Assembly (NCBI GenBank): GCA_025594325.1 | Contig: JANHCV010000001.1 | Span: 2,046,001 to 2,110,000 of the forward strand | Source: Blastocladiella emersonii ATCC 22665 | Taxonomy: Eukaryota > Fungi > Blastocladiomycota | Direction: 5' to 3' | DNA length: 64,000 bases | In this document: piece after piece, positions 49,958 to 59,500 of the stretch | Numbering within the stretch: position 1 is the stretch's first letter | Layout of the letters: each line of letters starts with the position of its first letter | Program-made: the position numbers and the translations under genes | Notes under the pieces: generated by a model | Told to the model about the DNA's origin: nothing | What the model saw: only the letters and a program-made list of their open reading frames with translations | The model's database searches: none

Positions 49958-50965
49958 ATGAAGTCCAACACCGCCATCCTCCTCCTCGTCGCGCTGATCG
50001 CGCTGTGCGCGCCTGCCGCCGAGGCCCACTTCCGCCTGCTCTCGCCGCCGCCGCGCAACCCGGGCTTCTGCGGCGCCTTTACGACGGGCGACTGCCCCTT
50101 TGGCGGTTTCGACAAGTCTCGCGCCAACCCCAAGACCAGCACGTTCCGCCGCGGGCAGTCGGTGGCCGTGACATGGCCGCGGAACAACCACCCGGCCGGG
50201 TTCATCAAGCTCGCCATCATCCCGTTCGGCTCGCCCGAGACGCTCGACAACATTGACAAGAACATTGTGCAGTTCTCGTGCCACGAGGCGACGTGCAAGT
50301 CCGGCTTCCCCAACGATCCGCTCGGCGGTGACAACAAGCCCGAGGACACCAACATCTGCTCGACCTCCGTGACCATCCCGTCGTACCTCCCCGACGGCGA
50401 GTACTCGCTCTTCTGGTCCATCTACGGCGCTGGATCATTTTTTGGACGAATCTTCCAGGGACAGACTGATTATTACATGATGTCCGACTTCACGCTGTCG
50501 GGCGGAGCGGCGGTGGACCCGTCGTTGCGTCCGGCGTGCCCCAAGTTCATCCCGGGCGACGCGCACAACCCCGCGTCCAAGGGCGTTTGCAAGTTTTTCG
50601 GCACCGGTAAGGCCATGTCGTGCCGTCCTGACGGTTGCAGTGGGTCGTACCGCGACGGTATCCCGGTCGAGCTCGCGCAGTGCCTCGCGGCGAACCCCGG
50701 CGCGGGCAACGGCGCCAAGCCCGCTCCCCCCGCCCCGACCTCGTCCGCCTCGGCTCCCGCCCCCACCTCCCTCGCTCCTCCCGCTGCTCCTCAGCCCACG
50801 TCTGCTGCACCTGCCCCGAAGCCGACTGTCTCTCCCCCGGCCCCCAAGCCGACGTCGGCCGCGCCCGCGCCGAAGCCCAAGCCGACCATCCCCGCCGGCT
50901 GCCCCAAGCGCAAGACCGTTACGGTGACCAAGACGGTGACGCGCGCCCCGCGCTCGACCGTCTGA
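49958..50965 (+). CDS. Secreted histidine-brace (LPMO-like) protein, paralog 1
   Basis: A 23-aa signal peptide ending AEA, then His24 at mature position 1. WPRNNH78, TIPSYLPDGEYSLFW and D-Y172-Y173 follow, then a Cys-rich module and a Pro/Ala/Thr linker. Confidence 0.7.
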   Translation: MKSNTAILLLVALIALCAPAAEAHFRLLSPPPRNPGFCGAFTTGDCPFGGFDKSRANPKTSTFRRGQSVAVTWPRNNHPAGFIKLAIIPFGSPETLDNIDKNIVQFSCHEATCKSGFPNDPLGGDNKPEDTNICSTSVTIPSYLPDGEYSLFWSIYGAGSFFGRIFQGQTDYYMMSDFTLSGGAAVDPSLRPACPKFIPGDAHNPASKGVCKFFGTGKAMSCRPDGCSGSYRDGIPVELAQCLAANPGAGNGAKPAPPAPTSSASAPAPTSLAPPAAPQPTSAAPAPKPTVSPPAPKPTSAAPAPKPKPTIPAGCPKRKTVTVTKTVTRAPRSTV

Positions 50966-51758
50966 TGGTGAGTATGACGATGTGTTTGTGAACATATAGC
51001 TCGTTGTCCCCTCAATACTTCAACCATCCGTCAACTTTGCTTGAGCGAAGGAAGCGACGCGTTCGCTCTAAAATGTGCTCGTTGAGTTAAGCTTCGTCGA
51101 GAGTTGGAAACGAGTTCCTTCCGAAGGACCAAGATGATTCCCACGCTTGCATCCAGCACCTTGTGAACCGCGCGAGACTTGCTGGCACTCGCAGCTCAAC
51201 GACGCGATGGCTGGTGCCGCTCTGAACCAGGCTCTGAACGCTGACGCTCGCCGGACACACGTTTAAGTCGGAAATTTCATCACTCGTTGATCCTCGAGGT
51301 GAGAGCCGAGAACAGCGCGACTCGCACGCTCGCGACGGCGAGTGGGAGACGCGTCGCGATATCAGGTGACGGCGGTTTCAAGCCTGAGGCGCCAGGTGAC
51401 ACCACGCGCGGTGATTGGCTGGATCAGCCCGGCCACGCTGGTCCACTCACCACGCGTCGATCATCCCGCCTCGCCGCCACCGAGCGAACGAAAAAAGAGA
51501 AGGTCGCTGTGCCACCGACCGCGGCCGCGCAACACAACACAGCACAAGGGTCCCTCACCGCTCCGCTTTCCTCGAAAACGGCGACTGCTATAAGAGGCGC
51601 GCGCTGCTGCGGAAGCCATCCACGCTCCCGACCCACTCAAGACCTCCACTAGAAGCCCGTACGTCCTTGTGGCGCCGTTGCAACGGTGTTGCATGACGTT
51701 GCTCGTGAGCACAGATAGACTGATAGGACCCGACGATCCGGCGTGTAGTGCTGCGACC

Positions 51759-52721
51759 ATGAAGAAATCGCTCACCCTCTCGATCCTGGCGCTGGCCGTC
51801 ATCCTCGCCCTGACCGCGACGGCGCCCACGGCCGAGGCCCACTCGCGCCTCCTGTCGCCGCGCCCGCGTTACGGCGCCTACTGCTCGTACCACTCGTTCG
51901 CCACCGACGAGGTGTGTCCCGCCGCCGGCTACGCGCCCAAGGAGCTCGCCAATCCCGACGCGCTCGTGTACAAGCGCGGCACTGCTGTGCCGATTGTCTG
52001 GCCCCGGAACAACCATCCTGGCGGCTTCATCTCGCTGTCGATCATCCCGTTCGACATGGAGGAGACGTTCGAGAACTTCGAGGCCAACGTCGTGCAGTGG
52101 TCGTGCCACGAGGCGACGTGCAAGTCGGGCTACTCCAACGACCTGCTCGGCGAGGACGCTCCCGGCACGCCCGAGGACGGCAACCGGTGCTCGACGACGC
52201 TCACGATCCCGACCTACCTCAAGGACGGCAAGTACACGGCCCGCTGGGCCTGGAGCAACGGCGGCGGCTTCCGCGTCATGGAGCGGGGGCACGTCGACTA
52301 CTACTCTGCCTTCGACTTCACTGTTTCTGGTGGCTCGTATGACGCCTCGTCGCGTCCGGCGTGCCCCACGTTCATCCCCGGCGACGCCCACAACCCGGCC
52401 TCCAAGGGCGTGTGCAAGTTCTTCTCGACCGACGGCAGCAACTTTGGCTACCCGCGCGTCTGCAACCCCGACGGCTGCAGCGGCGAGCTGCGCGACGGCC
52501 AGCCCGGCCCGCTCCGCGACTGCCTCGCCAAGACCGGCACCTCGCTCAACGCCCCCGCTGCCCCCGCGCCCGCTGCTCCGGTCCCGAGCGTGACGGCCGC
52601 CCCCGTCCGCGGCGCCCCCGCCGTTCGTGAGCCCGACTGCTCGCCCACGGCCACGGTGACCGTGACCAACACCGTCACGGTCACCGTCACCGTGACCCCG
52701 GCGGTCGACGACGAGGAGTAG
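51759..52721 (+). CDS. Secreted histidine-brace (LPMO-like) protein, paralog 2
   Basis: A 27-aa signal peptide ending AEA, then His28 at mature position 1. WPRNNH86, TIPTYLKDGKYTARWAW and D-Y181-Y182-SAFDF follow, with the same Cys-rich module as paralog 1. Confidence 0.7.
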   Translation: MKKSLTLSILALAVILALTATAPTAEAHSRLLSPRPRYGAYCSYHSFATDEVCPAAGYAPKELANPDALVYKRGTAVPIVWPRNNHPGGFISLSIIPFDMEETFENFEANVVQWSCHEATCKSGYSNDLLGEDAPGTPEDGNRCSTTLTIPTYLKDGKYTARWAWSNGGGFRVMERGHVDYYSAFDFTVSGGSYDASSRPACPTFIPGDAHNPASKGVCKFFSTDGSNFGYPRVCNPDGCSGELRDGQPGPLRDCLAKTGTSLNAPAAPAPAAPVPSVTAAPVRGAPAVREPDCSPTATVTVTNTVTVTVTVTPAVDDEE

Positions 52722-53036
52722 TGTATTTGTATTTGTATTTCATTGTGACCCCGTAGTATTGCAACATGTAGAGCACACTTGATTCCACTCTTCTTAGTTC
52801 TGCTTGCACCGCCAATGTACGATAGATCCGCTTGTTAGCCATCATGTATAATAGCCATCACGCAGGTTGATCGTCGTGATGGAACAGCGACCAGGTCTCA
52901 ATCACATCAGATTTGAGACGAGGAGGACGCGTCCCCCGCACACGTTCCCTTGAACTCCCGAGCGCTGCGAGAACTTGAGCTTTGGGAACCTGCGCAGGCA
53001 AGCCTATTCGCTTTCAAGGCGAACTCCTTAGACCAC

Positions 53037-54125
53037 TCGGACACGCCATCTTTTTTTGGTTTCCCATACCTATTACCCGCTGCCGTTCAATGTATACCCT
53101 TGTGCCACTCATCCGGTGCCGTATCGTGCCCTTCCGGCCGGTCTTTGGGTCGGGAGCGCGGGAATCTTGCGGCCTCGGAACGCGATGCCCGCTGATGGCC
53201 CAGCGTGATCTCATGCGCGATTCTTGTCGACCCGGTTGCCCCTCCTTGCGCAGTTTCGCTACCAGTGAGCATGCCTGGAGCGTGACACATGTGGAATGGG
53301 TCCTCTCATTGCTCAACGTCCGAACCCGAGCCGCGACCGAAGCGAAGCATGTCCGTGGGCGGCGGCGACGCGTCGTCAACCAGGCGCTGGTCACCCGCGC
53401 GAACTGTTTCCTCTCCTTCTCCTTCACTCGCTGTCCCAGATGGTCGGAGAGAAAACATCATCACGTTTATCTAAGGACACTTCGTTCCCCGCCGACGGAC
53501 AGGCTCTCCACCTCGCGACGGCGACCGGTGGAGGGCGAGACAAAAAGTGTCTCGCAGCGGTCACGTGTTTGATCGACGCGTCCTCTCCTCTCCTCCCCTC
53601 CCCTCCGCGTCGCAATATCACGTGCGCACGTCTCGCACGGCTGCAGCGGGTGCGCTGTCCCCCATTTAGGCGACGGCGCGTCAGCATCAAACAGCCACGG
53701 CACAGTCGAGGGGTTAGAGCACGCAGGACCCCGCACCCTGGAATGGGGCTGCCGCCGCCTGCGCAAGCTTGAAGCGCCTTGCTTTTGCTTCGAATCCCGA
53801 TTACTTTTTGGCCCAGTTGTTTGATGCTTGTTCTGCTCTGCTATCGAATGCACTGCATGTTGACGTATCCTTCACAAATTTCGTATTGAGGAACGCAAAC
53901 AAATAGCGTCGCGGACGCGTCGAGATATCACCTGGACATGAACCTCACGTGCGCATGTCTCGCGTGGCTGCAGCGGGAGTGCCGCCGTCCCCCATTTAGG
54001 CGATGGCGCGCCGGAAAACAGCCCCGCACTGAGTCGAGTGAGCTAGAACACGTAGGACACCGGACCCTCACAAGGTGCCGCCGCCTGCGCTGCGTCGGAG
54101 CGCTTAGCTTTTGTTTCGAACCCCG
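53037..54125 (+). repeat. Left arm of a 1,089-bp inverted repeat
   Basis: This arm is the reverse complement of 58155-59243, and the mirrored ORF translations are identical. The only mismatch I found is at 54118 versus 58162. Confidence 0.95.
53618..54125 (+). repeat. Diverged ~180-bp direct repeat inside each inverted arm (about 53618-53800 vs 53944-54125)
   Basis: Shared blocks CACGTGCGCA, GGCTGCAGCGGG, TCCCCATTTAGGCGA, TGCCGCCGCCTGCGC and GCTTTTG.TTCGAA.CCCG. Confidence 0.85.
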
Positions 54126-54209
54126 CCCCCGCTTTTTCTTTTGCCCTAAGTGCGCCGCCACCAACGTATTTGACTGGAGAGCTCGGCTACGTCGTCAACC
54201 GCGAAACTT

Positions 54210-54918
54210 ACAGACAATTCAAATTGACCGCGGCATCACCCGCGATATGGTCGACGGCCTCATCAACGGGTACCAGCTAGCGTCGATCCTCGTCATGATC
54301 GGGACCGCCGCGCCCGCGTTCCTCATGTTCCTCGAGCTGATCGGCCTCGCTTACTCTTCTCTGCCGAACCTGTTCCTCGCGTCCAGCCGCGAGCTCAACC
54401 GCATCGACTCGCTGGCGCGCAGGCTAGCGGACACGTCGGTGATCCGCGCGTACCGCTACGAGACCCGGTTCCTGGCCGAGCTGTACAAGCAAATCGGCCT
54501 CAACCATCGCGCTTTCTTCTTCCTGTGGATCAACAACCGCTGGCTGACCGTGCGGACCGACCTACTCAGCGCCTTTATCGTACTGTCGAAGGGCATGGTG
54601 CTCAAGCTATCGCGCTTGTAGATAGAACCGGCGCTGATGGGAATTATCCTGTCGTCCGCGTTCAACGTCGTCGAATACCCCATGCGGCTGATCTACTCTA
54701 CATGCAGATCATGGTCGAGACATGCGCGCAAGCAGCGTCGAGCGGGTCGACCACTTGCTGCACCACGTCGAGCAGGAGCCCATGAGCGGCCTCGCGTCGT
54801 CGCAGCTCCCGCTCAGCTGGCCCATGCATGGCGCCGTCGAGGTGCACGACCTGAAGGACTAGTACTAGGCGACGGCGGGTCCCGCGTACTGCGGCCGCAC
54901 TGGCGCTAGCAAGTCGAG
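54210..54918 (+). pseudogene. ABCC/MRP transporter fragment: end of TMD2 to Walker A, with stops and frameshifts
   Basis: SSRELNRIDS...VIRAY...AFFFLWINNRWLTVRTDLL; ERVDHLLHHVEQE...SWPMHGAVEVHDL; GRTGASKSS (canonical GRTGAGKSS). Confidence 0.85.
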
Positions 54919-54957
54919 CCGCGGGAACGAGGGAACGCGGGAACGCGGATCGGCTGC

Positions 54958-55545
54958 ATGCTCGTGTCGCGTGTGCTCGCTGGCTGCGTCATTCCGCGTA
55001 ATGTGCACCAGTACGTGTTCGGATCAGACAATTGCCCCGTCGTCGTTGAGGTGGTTCCCACGGGAAATTCGGTGTTCGGCCAGTGGACCGAGCTCTCGCC
55101 GCGGTCTGTCAGCGAGGCACCCGAGCTGCGCGCGAGACGCGCGCCCTAGTTTACAGGTCGCGGCGGCCGAGAAGAAGTCGAAGATGCCAGCTCGCGCGCC
55201 CATGAAGCCTGCACCGCGACCGTCGCAAGCGATCCCAGCCACGAAACAGGCCTTGCTCACCGCGTTCCTCGCTCGTCCATAGCCGCCGCCACCTATCGCA
55301 CAACCATCAGCCCAACTGCCAGCGGCCGTCACCGCACCAAAGCCTAACGCCGAGGCGGCGCAAGCCGCGTGGTCGACCGTGTTCCGCGGACCGCCGCCGC
55401 CGCCGCCCGTGTGCAGGCACGGCGAGCCGAGCGTGTCGCGCGTAGTGGGCAAGGCGGATCCGACGCGCGGCAGCACGTTCTGGGTTCGTGCGCAGCTTGT
55501 TGGCGTTTGTGCGAGTCACAGTGCGACCTTCTCATGGTACATAGA
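54958..55545 (+). pseudogene. APN2: 3' fragment of AP endonuclease 2 (Apn2/APE2)
   Basis: YVFGSDNCPV (canonical GSDHCPV), a PIP-box-like QALLTAFL, then AWSTVF and the GRF zinc finger CRHGEP...GSTFWV...FSW. An in-frame stop lies at about 55280. Confidence 0.8.
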
Positions 55546-55718
55546 TCCCGCTGGCTCACATAACCTAATCGCTGACACATTCGCCTATGTAGGAGGACAA
55601 AACAAGGCAGCAGAAGTAAGGGGATGATTGTGCTCGCATATACGTCTGCAAATCCACGTGAAGCGTCGAGAAGTTGTCAGCCGCGATGGTAACGTTCAGC
55701 TGATGCCGTGGCACCCCA

Positions 55719-55925
55719 GAGTCTCGCGACGGCCATATTCCGCCTCGTCGAGTGGAAGTCGGGCGACTGCAGTCGCGTCAACGTGAGCGACGTGGACCTG
55801 CACATGATGCGCAGCAAAATGACCATGGTGCCGCAGGACTCGGTGCTGCTCAGCGGCACGATCCAGTCCAACCTCGATATCTTCGCGCAGTTGGGCGACC
55901 CGGAGCTACCTGACGTGCTGAATCT
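55719..55925 (+). pseudogene. ABCC/MRP NBD2 fragment continuing the first fragment
   Basis: SLATAIFRLVE...DLHMMRSKMTMVPQDSVLLSGTIQSNLD, matching ABCC LFRLVE...LRS..TIIPQDPVLFSGTIRSNLD. Confidence 0.85.
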
Positions 55926-55949
55926 CGCACCTTCCACGTCGTACGCTGG

Positions 55950-57236
55950 ATACGATTATCGACTACAACTATTTGCTCGTCCTCGACGCTTCCGCGGCAC
56001 CGAGCACCGCTCGTGGGAGCCTATCCGCACGTCCACGCTTTTCGGCGAGTCGTGGGTTCAAGAGCTGCTGACGTGCAACAGCGAAACGCATTTTTCGGAA
56101 ATCGCCCGTATGCCCCGCGAGACCTTCAAGGCCATCTGCCGCCTGTTCCGCGACCGTGGCCTTCTCGCCGACGGCCGCGAGCTGTCCGTCGAGGCGCGCT
56201 TCATGGTTTTTCTTGTCATGGCCGGCGAGGGCAGCACCAACCGCAACCTCAGGGAGCGGTTCCAAATCTCTGGCGAGACCGCGTCCAGGGTTCTGAAGCA
56301 GGTGCTCGACGCTCTGTACCGCCTGATGCCCGAGTTCATTGCCCAGCCGTCCGATTCTACACCCGTGCATGAGCGCATCGCCCATGACCCGAAATACGCT
56401 CCGTTACAGAACGCGGTCGGCGCGCTTGACGGAACGCACTTCCCGTTTGTTGTGCCCGCTAAGCTTCACGACTCGTTCCGAAACCGCAAGGGGGACCATC
56501 TCCTCGAATGTTCTCGCTGCCTGCGACTTTGACTTGAACTTCACCTACGTTCTCGCAGGGTGGGAGGGCAAGGCGCACGACTCGCGCGTGCTCTCGAACG
56601 CCTTCGCCCGTAGGTTCAAGATCCCCGCCGGCCGCTTCTACCTCGCCGACGGCGGCTACGCAAACCGCACGTCCATCATCGTGCCCTTCCGCGGTACCCG
56701 CTATCTTCTTCGCGATTTTGCCCGCGGCAAGGATGGGTACGTTCTCACTGCCATGACCATCACGTTGGCGCCATCTCATCTGCTTCACCAACGTACGTAG
56801 AGTTAAGAACCGCGAGGAGCTTTTCAATCTGCGTCACGCGTCGCTCCGCAACTCTGTTGAGCGTATCTTTGGCGTGCTCAAGAAGCGGTTCCGCGTCCTC
56901 TCGATTGGCGCAGCCTACCCAATCAAGACTCAAGTCAAGCTTGTGTACGCGCTCTGCACGCTGCACAACATGATCAACAAGTGGAACCAAGGCGGCGACG
57001 CCTTCTTTCGCGACGCCGAGACGGAGCTCCGGCGCGCGCGGGACGCGGCGCGTGAGGCGCGTGTGCGTGGGCGCGAGCCCCTGAACGACGAGAACGAGGA
57101 GGACGACGAGGCCGCTGTCCTCGAGGCCTCGCTGGACGGAGCTCGTCAGCGCGGTATCTCGCTTCGGAACCGCATCGCAAATGTTCTTTGGACCGAGTAC
57201 AGGCGCGTCATGGCCGCTCGTGGGACCCGTCTTTGA
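55950..57236 (+). mobile_element. PIF/Harbinger DDE transposase, N-terminally truncated, +1 frameshift at 56490-56494, intron 56737-56800
   Basis: RERFQISGET, GALDGTH (D), NVLAACDFDLNFTYVLAGWEGKAHDSRVL, YLADGGY (D), FNLRHASLRNSVERIFGVLKKRF (E) and LCTLHN. Confidence 0.93.
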
Positions 57237-57548
57237 AGGCGCGAAATAATTGTTGTACCCGCATGCATGCTGTAATATACTGATTTGTCAAGTACTATAA
57301 TGTTATATAAGCGATTCCAGATGATTTGACGCGTCGCTGAGGTCAGAACGCATCGGTGGAGACGCGTCGATCAATCACGTGACGTGCGAGACACTTCGAG
57401 AACCACGCGTTTCTCAACGACTCGCGTCATTTTCGAGCGAAGGGTAACGATTGAAGACACGATGGACACAAAGCCAGATGTATTGGACACAAATGGGCGA
57501 GAACAAGGCCAGGAAGCAACGCGAGGGAGGGGGAAGTGTGCGAGAGAG

Positions 57549-58100
57549 CTACTGAATGAAAAACTCGAGGACGCGCTTGCGCTTTGGTTCGGACACGGCC
57601 ATGACGCGAAGCGCTTGATCCTCGGTCAGGCGGGTGGCGACGTCGATCTGGTACTCTTCATTGTCGTTGTACACGTCCTGGACCCATTCAAGTGCGGCGG
57701 TCAGAACGGGCTTGGAGTCGGCGGTCGAGACGCTCTGGATAACCTCCTTGATGCCCATGAGGAACTCCGAGTCCGAGAGGCGACGCGAGCTGCTGTCCAA
57801 AGTGCGGCTGCGCTTGCTGGCGGGGGCCGCGTCGTCTTGACCATCGACACCTTCCACGTCACCAGACTCCTTGCCGTCCTGCTCGAGGTGCGAGTACTCG
57901 CCGGTGGCGGTCGAGCTGCCGAAGGAAAACAGCGTTTATACAGGCCGGGAAGTACAGCCTGAGGGTTTCGGGGGCGAGCAGACGGGCGATTCAGCAACGA
58001 GGGTTCCATTCAGCTCATCCGGGGTTCGAACCAAACCCCGCGATGAACGCGACGGGGTGAAAATGCCACGTTTCAGCTGGGTGAACACTAGACCGTGTAA
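57549..58100 (-). mobile_element. Degenerate second (Myb/SANT-type accessory) ORF of the Harbinger element, C-terminal part
   Basis: It lies tail-to-tail with the transposase and just inside the right TIR. It has an acidic/basic linker then a helical domain ending KRKRVLEFF. The position is typical of the accessory ORF, but the Myb motif itself is not visible. Confidence 0.5.
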
Positions 58101-58129
58101 AATCGATTGATCTACCTGATTCACCCCGG

Positions 58130-58146
58130 AACCAAACGGGCCCTAA
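58130..58146 (-). mobile_element. Harbinger right terminal inverted repeat plus TAA target-site trinucleotide
   Basis: The sequence AACCAAACGGGCCC|TAA reverse-complements to TTA|GGGCCCGTTTGGTT, the typical PIF terminus with a TTA/TAA target. No matching left TIR was found. Confidence 0.8.
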
Positions 58147-58154
58147 AACGAAAT

Positions 58155-59243
58155 CGGGGTTTGAAACAAAAGCTAAGCGCTCCGACGCAGCGCAGGCGGC
58201 GGCACCTTGTGAGGGTCCGGTGTCCTACGTGTTCTAGCTCACTCGACTCAGTGCGGGGCTGTTTTCCGGCGCGCCATCGCCTAAATGGGGGACGGCGGCA
58301 CTCCCGCTGCAGCCACGCGAGACATGCGCACGTGAGGTTCATGTCCAGGTGATATCTCGACGCGTCCGCGACGCTATTTGTTTGCGTTCCTCAATACGAA
58401 ATTTGTGAAGGATACGTCAACATGCAGTGCATTCGATAGCAGAGCAGAACAAGCATCAAACAACTGGGCCAAAAAGTAATCGGGATTCGAAGCAAAAGCA
58501 AGGCGCTTCAAGCTTGCGCAGGCGGCGGCAGCCCCATTCCAGGGTGCGGGGTCCTGCGTGCTCTAACCCCTCGACTGTGCCGTGGCTGTTTGATGCTGAC
58601 GCGCCGTCGCCTAAATGGGGGACAGCGCACCCGCTGCAGCCGTGCGAGACGTGCGCACGTGATATTGCGACGCGGAGGGGAGGGGAGGAGAGGAGAGGAC
58701 GCGTCGATCAAACACGTGACCGCTGCGAGACACTTTTTGTCTCGCCCTCCACCGGTCGCCGTCGCGAGGTGGAGAGCCTGTCCGTCGGCGGGGAACGAAG
58801 TGTCCTTAGATAAACGTGATGATGTTTTCTCTCCGACCATCTGGGACAGCGAGTGAAGGAGAAGGAGAGGAAACAGTTCGCGCGGGTGACCAGCGCCTGG
58901 TTGACGACGCGTCGCCGCCGCCCACGGACATGCTTCGCTTCGGTCGCGGCTCGGGTTCGGACGTTGAGCAATGAGAGGACCCATTCCACATGTGTCACGC
59001 TCCAGGCATGCTCACTGGTAGCGAAACTGCGCAAGGAGGGGCAACCGGGTCGACAAGAATCGCGCATGAGATCACGCTGGGCCATCAGCGGGCATCGCGT
59101 TCCGAGGCCGCAAGATTCCCGCGCTCCCGACCCAAAGACCGGCCGGAAGGGCACGATACGGCACCGGATGAGTGGCACAAGGGTATACATTGAACGGCAG
59201 CGGGTAATAGGTATGGGAAACCAAAAAAAGATGGCGTGTCCGA
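58155..59243 (-). repeat. Right arm of the 1,089-bp inverted repeat
   Basis: This arm is the reverse complement of 53037-54125. Confidence 0.95.
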
Positions 59244-59330
59244 AAGAACAAGATTATATGTAAGAAGCTCATCGAACCGTGAAGGAGGGACAACAGTATG
59301 CGGACACACGCGCTGGAGACGCGTACGAGC
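59228..59330. repeat. ~100-bp direct repeat, copy B (copy A at 61864-61963)
   Basis: The copies share AAGATGGCGTGTCCGA and an identical 34-bp core GAAGGAGGGACAACAGTATGCGGACACACGCGCT (59281-59314 and 61916-61949). Confidence 0.9.
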
Positions 59331-59500
59331 GACCTTGACCGTCGAGGGGCACTCTCCTGCGCGCCAGGCCCATGCGACGCGGCGGCGGCCGGTGGCTCCG
59401 CTGCGGCGGAGCCGCAGTGAGTCGCCGCCGACGTCGCGCCGGGCGAGCTCAGCGATCAGGCGAGCGTGGGGGCCCCCTCGGCGGGCTGACATGAAGAACT

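Noticed and set aside
53500-53570. Hairpins in the arm (CTCCACC..GGTGGAG; GCGAGAC..GTCTCGC) as a Helitron 3' end
   Set aside because: No CTRR terminus follows, and no TC start or A/T insertion site was found.
54143-54149. GCCCTAA near the left arm as a second Harbinger end
   Set aside because: Only 4 bp of the TIR match and the orientation is wrong for a left end.
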